Shown: one piece after another, positions 56,400 to 64,000 of the stretch
Layout of the letters: each line of letters opens with the position of its first letter
Numbering within the stretch: the stretch's first letter is position 1
Assembly: GCA_951406725.2 (NCBI GenBank)
Contig: OX597829.1
Span: forward strand, 21,886,001 to 21,950,000
Source of the DNA: Octopus vulgaris
Taxonomy: Eukaryota
DNA: 64,000 nt
Direction of reading: 5' to 3'
Translations under genes and position numbers: made by a program
The notes under the pieces: generated by a model
Database searches by the model: none
Told to the model about the DNA's origin: nothing
What the model saw: only the letters and a program-made list of their open reading frames with translations

Positions 56400-57335
56400 T
56401 ATTTATTTTCATTCTTTAATTACATTCAGCAGTGAGAAATAATTTCTTTGATTTCACTGATTTGTTCAGCTGCAGTCTCTGGGTCTTGACTTTTGTATAC
56501 ATCCAAAGTCCCAATCTTGTTGAATATAGTTTTTGGAATGCTGAAGTTTTTTGCGACATTTTCCATATTTTTTTAGGCCATATGTAACAGAAAGTATTGA
56601 TCCAAGCAAAGGAAGCTGCATATTGTTTTGCAGTTTTGATTTGATTCTACTCATGCTGCTGAAAAACTGATCGACCTCGGCATTTGAATTTGGCAATATT
56701 AATAGGTTAATGGCAAATTTTGCAACGTCTCTAAAAGGATTTCCACCACTGGCAGCTTTCTAATCCAAAACTTCTAACCAGAATGCCTCAGTGTTAGACG
56801 AATTTGTCCATTTAACTAAATGGATGCTATTAAATTGAATTTCATTTGAAGCAATTTTTTTCTTCATTTAAATGCATTACTTCTAAGACAGGAAAAATGG
56901 CTCTTTTAAATGTCTCAAAGTATTTTCTGCAGAAAAGCATTTGATACTCTTCAGTATAATAAAGTTTTATAGTAAATGTAACTTGAGCTTTTAATTAAAA
57001 CAGAGTAAAAATTGATGTGCTCTTTTACAAATATTATTTCCTTCTGTAGCTGTTAAAGTCTTTTTGATTATGATTTCTGCTATCTTTCACTTGAACCTGT
57101 TGCCTAAATTTGGTTTAGAATTAAGAAATTCTTCAATATAAGCATCAGGATCAAAAGGATCAGTTGTACATTTACATGTTGGCAATACTATCATATTAGC
57201 AATAAATTTGATCAAATTCAAAAGATATCTTCAAATAATTTTGCTTCATCAACGTTTGATTCAAAAAATTTATTCACTTCCTGAACATGTTTTAGAGTTA
57301 AAAGCAAAAATAAAAGGAAAGATTCATTCCTAGAA
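56400..57335 (-). pseudogene. hAT-like transposase remnant
   Basis: LLILPNSNAEVDQFFSSMSRIKSKLQNNM resembles the hAT C-terminal dimerisation motif (LPxSNAxxERxFS..N..K.K.RN). Confidence 0.7.
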
Positions 57336-57460
57336 TGATGATGATGATTTAGACACACACACACTCTCACACATATGCATACATACATACATACACACAC
57401 GCACATATACACACTACACACACACACATATATATAATGTGATACAGTTCTGAGAAAGTT

Positions 57461-57491
<31 letters not shown>

Positions 57492-57604
57492 TTCCACGCT
57501 GGAAATAGCAGTCAAAACTTGGCTCTAAAACCACATTAAATGTTCATACAGCACCAGGAGAGAAGACAAAGAGACAAAATAAACTAGCAAAAAATTACTG
57601 GATA

Positions 57605-57663
57605 ATTCCAGATCCTGGATTTCTGGCTTTGCAAAAGAAATGCTTTGCCTTCATCAGTGGAAT
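57605..57663 (-). ncRNA. Near-intact minimal type I hammerhead ribozyme
   Basis: ATTCCA-CTGATGA-A-GGC...GCC-A-GAAA-TCC-A-GGA-TC^-TGGAAT; perfect 6-bp stem I, palindromic stem III, AUC cleavage triplet; host element flanked by (TA)n. Confidence 0.8.
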
Positions 57664-57682
57664 ATACTCAGATAGCACATAA

Positions 57683-57721
<39 letters not shown>

Positions 57722-57837
57722 ACATACAGTATACTTACATTTACAAAAGTATACATACATATATATGCACGTATGCACACAACCAGTTTAAATTGCCCGC
57801 CTTAAAACTCCTTTTAAGGTGGGCAATTTAAACTGGT

Positions 57838-58570
57838 CATCCAGTTGTGCAGAAATCCTTTCATGCAACTGTGTAAAGTTATTCAGCCAACAATTCCATC
57901 TGGGCCTGGTCCTTTCCAATTTGCTTTTTTTTATAAAAATTCTGTCTCACTGTATATAGATTAATTTTGGTACCTTTTTGTCTTGGTACAATTGCAAGTT
58001 GTCTTTCCAACTTTGTTAGCCTCTCCACATTTTCTTTATGTCTTGCTGGCCTGTTCCACAGCCTTCCCCAAAATTCTTTACTTTCTTCCACATTTGGAAT
58101 CAGTTCCTGGTGTTGGTGGCCCTCTATTTCCTCAAATAAATGCCTTCTATTTGATCGGAAGAGTCTATTCTGTTCAAAACCTTTGCATCTATCATCACAT
58201 CTTTTCAATTTGGCCTTTAATGCTGTCACCTTTTGTGTCAATCTTTCATGAACCATTTGTTTTCCCCTTTCTTCTAACCTGTACTCTTCATTCAATTTTC
58301 TAATTACTCCCTTATTCTTGAGTTCTCCTCTCATTATCTTATTCAATTGCTCAGTTCTTTCCGTGTCTTTTCCAGCTTCATTTGTATTCTCTTCCTCCAG
58401 TTTGTTCTTTCTTTTCATTTTCTTTTATATCTTCAGTTTTTCAGTTCTAGCCTATGTTAGCTATGACATTAGCAGCAGCTATGATTAGCTGGTTTGTTTA
58501 AGTTTTAATTAAATGTTTTCAGTTTTAATTAAACTTAAAGCATCATTTACTTTACCTATTTTTTTCTTCA
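57838..58570 (-). pseudogene. R4/Dong fragment (pre-RT region)
   Basis: LTQKVTALKAKLKR...QNRLFRSN...EFWGRLW...GPGPDGI; homologous to ORF 7262-8251. Confidence 0.8.
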
Positions 58571-59076
58571 TTTGGTTTCCATCCATAAAGCCTTGTGAGT
58601 GGATTTGGTAGAGGGAAACTGAAAGAAGCCCATCGTATATATGTATGTGTGTGTGTATATTTGTCCCCCCAACATTGCTTGACAACTGATGCTGGTGTGT
58701 TTACGTCCCCCGTAACTTAGTGGTTTGGCAAAAAGAGACCGATAGAATAAGTACTAGGCTTACAAAGAATAAGTCCTGGGGTCGATTTGCTCGACTAAAG
58801 GTGGTGTTCCAGTATGGCCACAGTCAAATGACTGAAACAAGTAGAAGAGTAAAGAGTAAGAGTATAGATATATGTATGTATGTATGTATATATATATATA
58901 TAATTGCAGCGTGGAAGGTGTTTGTAAGCCATTTTGACAAATTAAACTTAAATGTTGAAGTGAATCGAATGGCTTTTGTGTGTTTCTTAAATGGCTTACA
59001 AACACCTTCCACGCTGCAATTGTTTTCGTTCCAGCACACAATCTCAGATAAAATCACTTGCTATGCAAGTACATCT

Positions 59077-59181
<105 letters not shown>

Positions 59182-59283
59182 TATTTGGTAGGTGGTGCTA
59201 AAATGTATATTCTTGTAAATAATGATAATAATATTTTATAAGCTTAGAGTTTATAAAATATATATATAAATATATATACATAT

Positions 59284-61120
59284 GTGCTCCCATGGAAACG
59301 TTCAAACATAAACTTTAATGACATAATAGATATATTGTGTAAAATTTTCAGTGAAAAAAACTCGTTGTTCAACACATGTTGGAAGTGTCTGAACATAGAG
59401 AAAAACAACGATGAGGACTACATCACATATGCTGGTAGAGTAAACAGGAAATGTGAGAAGTTTAAGCTGGATGAATTAATGTCAAATATGTTCAAATGCC
59501 TGATTTTTACACAGGGATTTACTGCCAAAAAGGACACAGAAGTTAGAATTAGAATTCTCAGAAAGCTGGAACATTACCAAGATGTAACCCTACAGCAGGT
59601 GTCAGAAGAATGTGATAGGACAGTCAAATTAAAACACAGCCGAGAGGAAATTGAATGTAAAAAGTAAAGCAAGTGCAAAATGGTCAGAATAGAGATAAAA
59701 TGTTTTTTGAAAAAACACAACAAAAATCAGGAAAAAAAACTGTTTTGAACAAGGTAGCACATGGTATTACGGGAAAAGATTATATTTTTTTGGTGAATTC
59801 ATATGTAATGTAACATTTTGAGGTCAAATGAGAGAGGCAAAGATAAATGTGTTAAAAAGTTCACTTAATTTATTGGGCACAGAATGGATGGAACTAATCA
59901 AGTTGTGGAATACACCCATAAGTGTTTTGAGTGGGAATATAGTCAGTTCAGTTGAAGGTTCGAACGCAGCTGAGGGATTGAAGCAAAAATTGCAGTAAAA
60001 AAGAGTGGAACATGTGTATGTAAGCCAAAACGAAATAAAAAATTGCCCACAATAAAAAGTAAACATTATTCAAAAGTAAATGTTCAGTAGTTGAAACTAC
60101 ACATTGATATCATTGGTCCTTTAAATGGTTCTTACTACTTAGTGGTAGTTGATAGTCTCTCAAAATGGCCTGAAATTTGTAAGTGTTAAAAAATCAACCT
60201 CCTCAACTGTGATAAATTTTTTACACGAATTGTTTGCAAGATTTGGCATCTCAGACAAGATAGTGTCTGACAGTGAAACGTCCACGGTAGAACATATAAC
60301 TATGGTATCATACCATTCCAGATCTAATGGACAGGCAGAACACTTTGTTGATACCTTCAAAAGAGCCCTAAGAAAATCAAATAAGGAAGTCACGGATGAG
60401 GTAGCCCTACAACAATTTTTAAGAGTGTACCGTACGACATCAAATCTGAATACGCTGGCAGGTAGATCACCAGCAGAGCTGATGTTTGCAAGGGAAGTAA
60501 AATCAGTCTTTGATAAATTGCTACCTGGTAAGAAAAGAAAAAGTACCTGGAAGACATAGCAAGATTATATAAAGTTGGTGAAAAGGTGTATATGAGGGCA
60601 TACAAAAATGGAAAGCAGAGTTGTGAAAGTAGCATAATTACCAGATGCATAGGGAAAATGTTGTACTGGATAAAATGCAGAAAAGACATACAAAAGAGAC
60701 ACAGGAACCAACTGAAAAAGAGATTCATGGAAGGCAGACCAAAGAAGATGAAGGAACCGATGGATTGGTTGTATGATGTGTTTGATTGAACCCAGGTGTA
60801 CAAGTGAAAAAAAAAATGTACAGAGTTCCTGAAATAGATGCCAAGCATGAAAAATATTAGATTGTACGGAAAAAACTCAAAAAAGGTGGGGGTAAATAAA
60901 AAAATTACTTCCTAAGAAAATCTTAAAAAGGGAGATGTTTTAAGGAATTAGTAATAATGGTACACCCCTCCCATGTGATGAATGGTATAACATAGTCACT
61001 ATAAGTAAAGAGAAGTACATGAAGTACTGAAGTAGGTAGTTAGCAGTCAGAGATAGTCGTGTCTTTACTGGTTTTACTAAGTATACTGTATATTGAAGTG
61101 GGCATTATAATAATCCAACA
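59284..61120 (+). mobile_element. Decayed Ty3/Gypsy LTR retrotransposon (gag-like, integrase, PPT, putative 3' LTR 60936-61120)
   Basis: LHIDIIGPLNGSYYLVVVDSLSKWPE, FARFGISDKIVSD, YHSRSNGQAEHFVDTFKRAL, YRTT...SPAELMFAR; aaaaagggaga followed by TG...CA. Confidence 0.85.
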
Positions 61121-61302
61121 TTTAAAGGATTTTAACAAACTCGTGAGTGAATTTGGTGGAAGAAAACTGAAAGCAGTGCATCGTATGTAGCTTAGAATAA
61201 ATGGTAGAGCATTCTAACTGGATATTGGAGGGGTGTGAGTTCGATCTTCGTGACTGGTTGCCAACAAATTTTTCTGCTTTTGAAGAAGAAAAGGATTTTA
61301 TC

Positions 61303-61338
<36 letters not shown>

Positions 61339-61384
61339 TGTTCAATATCTAAACAACGTCGATTAAAATTTATTTTTCTACTTG

Positions 61385-61433
<49 letters not shown>

Positions 61434-61675
61434 TTTGAGTTTGTGTTTGTCTCCCACCACTGCTTGACAATGGATGCTGGTGTGTTTACCTCCCTGTTAC
61501 TAAGTGGTTCAACAAAAGAGACCAATAGAATAAGTTTTATAAAAATTAATAAGTACTAGGGCTATCAACTAAAATTCTTCAAGACACTGCTCCAGCATGG
61601 CCACAGTCTAATCATTGAAACAAGAAATATGTGTGTGTGTGTGTGTGTTTGTATGTATGTTTGTATGTATATATG

Positions 61676-61743
<68 letters not shown>

Positions 61744-61926
61744 TATATGTATGTAAGTATTTATGTATGTGTGTGTGTGTATATATATATATATATGTAT
61801 ATATATATGTATGTATATATATATAATATATATATATATATATACATACATACATGTATATATATAATATATATATATGTATATGTATGTATGTATATAT
61901 ATATGTACATATATATATATATATAT

Positions 61927-61971
<45 letters not shown>

Positions 61972-62005
61972 TACATACATACATACATACATACATACAA
62001 TATAC

Positions 62006-62069
<64 letters not shown>

Positions 62070-62073
<4 letters not shown>

Positions 62074-62430
62074 TTAGAGACAAAACCACTATTATGCAAA
62101 TCAAACAAAGAAAGACTTAAGCCAATACATAAAATAATTTATATAATTAAATTTAATTAAAATAACCACTACGATCGTTTCGTGTCAGCACTTCTATGAG
62201 ACATTCTTCAGGTGGTTTCAAAACCTTCTTTGCAAATTTTAAACTATGAGTTCATAAATTTAATTATATAAATTATTTTATGTATTGGCTTAAGTCTTTC
62301 TTTGTTTGATTTGCATAATAGTGGTTTTGTCTCTAATTTAATATAATATAATATTTTACTATAAAATTGGATTCAATCCTAAATCTGATTTTTCCCTGTA
62401 AATTTGGATTCATTCCCTAATATTTATTAT

Positions 62431-62435
<5 letters not shown>
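62070..62435. mobile_element. Young Penelope-type fold-back element in (TA)n
   Basis: identical 86-bp arms 62070-62155 / 62255-62340; same family as the core of the 856-3050 palindrome. Confidence 0.88.
62164..62217 (-). ncRNA. Minimal type I hammerhead ribozyme
   Basis: AACCAC-CTGAAGA-ATGTC...GACAC-GAAAC-GATC-GTA^-GTGGTT; perfect stem I, palindromic stem III ACGATCGT; A.C mismatch at the base of stem II. Confidence 0.85.
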
Positions 62436-62477
<42 letters not shown>

Positions 62478-62520
62478 CACAATAACTCAAACACACACAC
62501 ACACACACATACATACATGC

Positions 62521-62551
<31 letters not shown>

Positions 62552-62573
62552 CATACATACATACATACATACA

Positions 62574-62621
<48 letters not shown>

Positions 62622-62718
62622 TCACTCAAACACACATACACACACACACACATTTGAATTTACATGTTTGCAAATACATTGACATAAATAAAATATATTT
62701 GTTGATGTCTATTTTCAG

Positions 62719-62813
62719 GAATGAGAGTTCACATTACAGAGTCAACAAAGAATTCTTTGCTTGACAACTCTGCTGACTATATTATTTCTAGCCGAGGCAA
62801 AACAATGATTAAG
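62719..62813 (+). CDS. Receptor guanylyl cyclase exon, catalytic domain C-part (gene continues past the window)
   Basis: tttcag/gtaagt, 95 nt phase 1-0; MRVHITESTKNSLLDNSADYIISSRGKTMIK (cf. KIHxS...RGxxxxK before GKG). Confidence 0.92.
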
Positions 62814-63314
62814 GTAAGTGAAATTTCAAAAACAACTGAGTGAATCTGCTAGCATGGTATAGCTGTGAAACAGAAAGAAAGCAAAAAGAGAAAATATATT
62901 GAACTGACATGAAACCAAACAAGATTGGTTATAAAATATAAAACAGAAATGAAATTACTTAAAACAGAAACATATCTAATAGAAAAATATTATATAAAAA
63001 TAAATTGACATAAAGCAAGAACATTTTTGATAAAGATAAAACGAGAATAGACTAATATGAAAAAAGAATTGAATTGGAATAAACCAGAAATGAGTTCACA
63101 TAAAACAGAAACATATCAATATATAGGAGTAGGAGAAAATAATGGAAACACCTAGCATCATAGCATCATAATTTTGAAATATCTATAAAGACCATCAAAA
63201 GTTTGTTTATTTTTATGTTTTTTGATTTATTATTAGTGTTACTTAATATGTTTTGCTAAAATTGCTGTTTCTTTTCATATATTATCAGAAAAATGTAATT
63301 AAAATTCATTAAAA

Positions 63315-64000
63315 TGACAGATCTATGAGACTTTAAAGAGGTCAAATTACTGGTGTTCATATGGCAGGTGCTAGCATAATGAAAACAGATGAAATATTTG
63401 GTATATCAAGAAGTACTGTCTTGAAAGTAATGATAGTCTTTGAGAAAGAGAGTAAAAAACCTCCTCATCAAAACTAAACTCCGGAAGAAAACCAAAACTT
63501 TCAGACAACGATTGTCAAACTCTGAATTGTTAGAAAGAATCACAAAAGTACAGCTCCTAAAATTACTGCAGAGCTTAATAACCACCTCGAGAACCCAGTT
63601 TCCACAAAAACAGTTAACTTGGAGCTGCACAAAGCTGGATTTCACGGGAGGGCTGCAATCAGAAAACCACTAGTTTCATAAAACAAATGTTGCAAAGTGT
63701 TGAGAGTGAAGTAAAACCTACAGAATTGATCCCTAGAGCAGTGGAAGAATGTTATTTTCTCAGATGAGTCATACGTTACCATATTTCTGACCACTGGCCA
63801 AGTAAACATGTAGAGACAGCCAAAAGAAGTATTTGACCCCAACTGCCTTCTTCCAACTGTTAAACATGGAAGAGGATCTGTGATGATCTTGTGGGATTTT
63901 ATATCTTGGAAATCCACCAGCCCAATAGTTTCCCTTCATGGCAGAATTAATAGTGAAGACTATTTAAGCATTTTATCTGATCAAATTCATCCTATGGTTG
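63315..64000 (+). pseudogene. Tc1 transposase remnant (runs off the window)
   Basis: DFKRGQITG...FGISRSTVLKV (HTH), WKNVIFSDES, PTVKHGRGSVMI. Confidence 0.88.

Overview
AT-rich, microsatellite-dense animal genomic DNA; the repeat content and TTAGGG tracts suggest a coleoid cephalopod (Octopus-like; inference). The window is almost entirely the interior of one + strand gene. Eleven phase-consistent GT-AG exons (15288-62813, 1548 nt, 516 codons) encode the kinase-homology domain, coiled-coil linker and catalytic domain of a receptor (NPR/ANP-receptor-like) guanylyl cyclase; its 5' exons and final exon(s) lie outside the window. The introns are packed with mobile DNA: R4/Dong non-LTR elements in (TAA)n tracts, Penelope-like elements with GIY-YIG remnants and inverted ends, mariner, Tc1, hAT and Gypsy remnants, MITEs with telomeric repeats, several SINE families and two 5S rRNA-derived copies. 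The most notable unexplained structure is about a dozen type I hammerhead-ribozyme motifs in fold-back elements. They include a putative tRNA-promoter + hammerhead SINE, two near-intact copies (both antisense to the host gene) and a sense copy about 80 nt upstream of a catalytic exon. Coordinates were counted by eye: exon ends were checked for frame, repeat ends are approximate.
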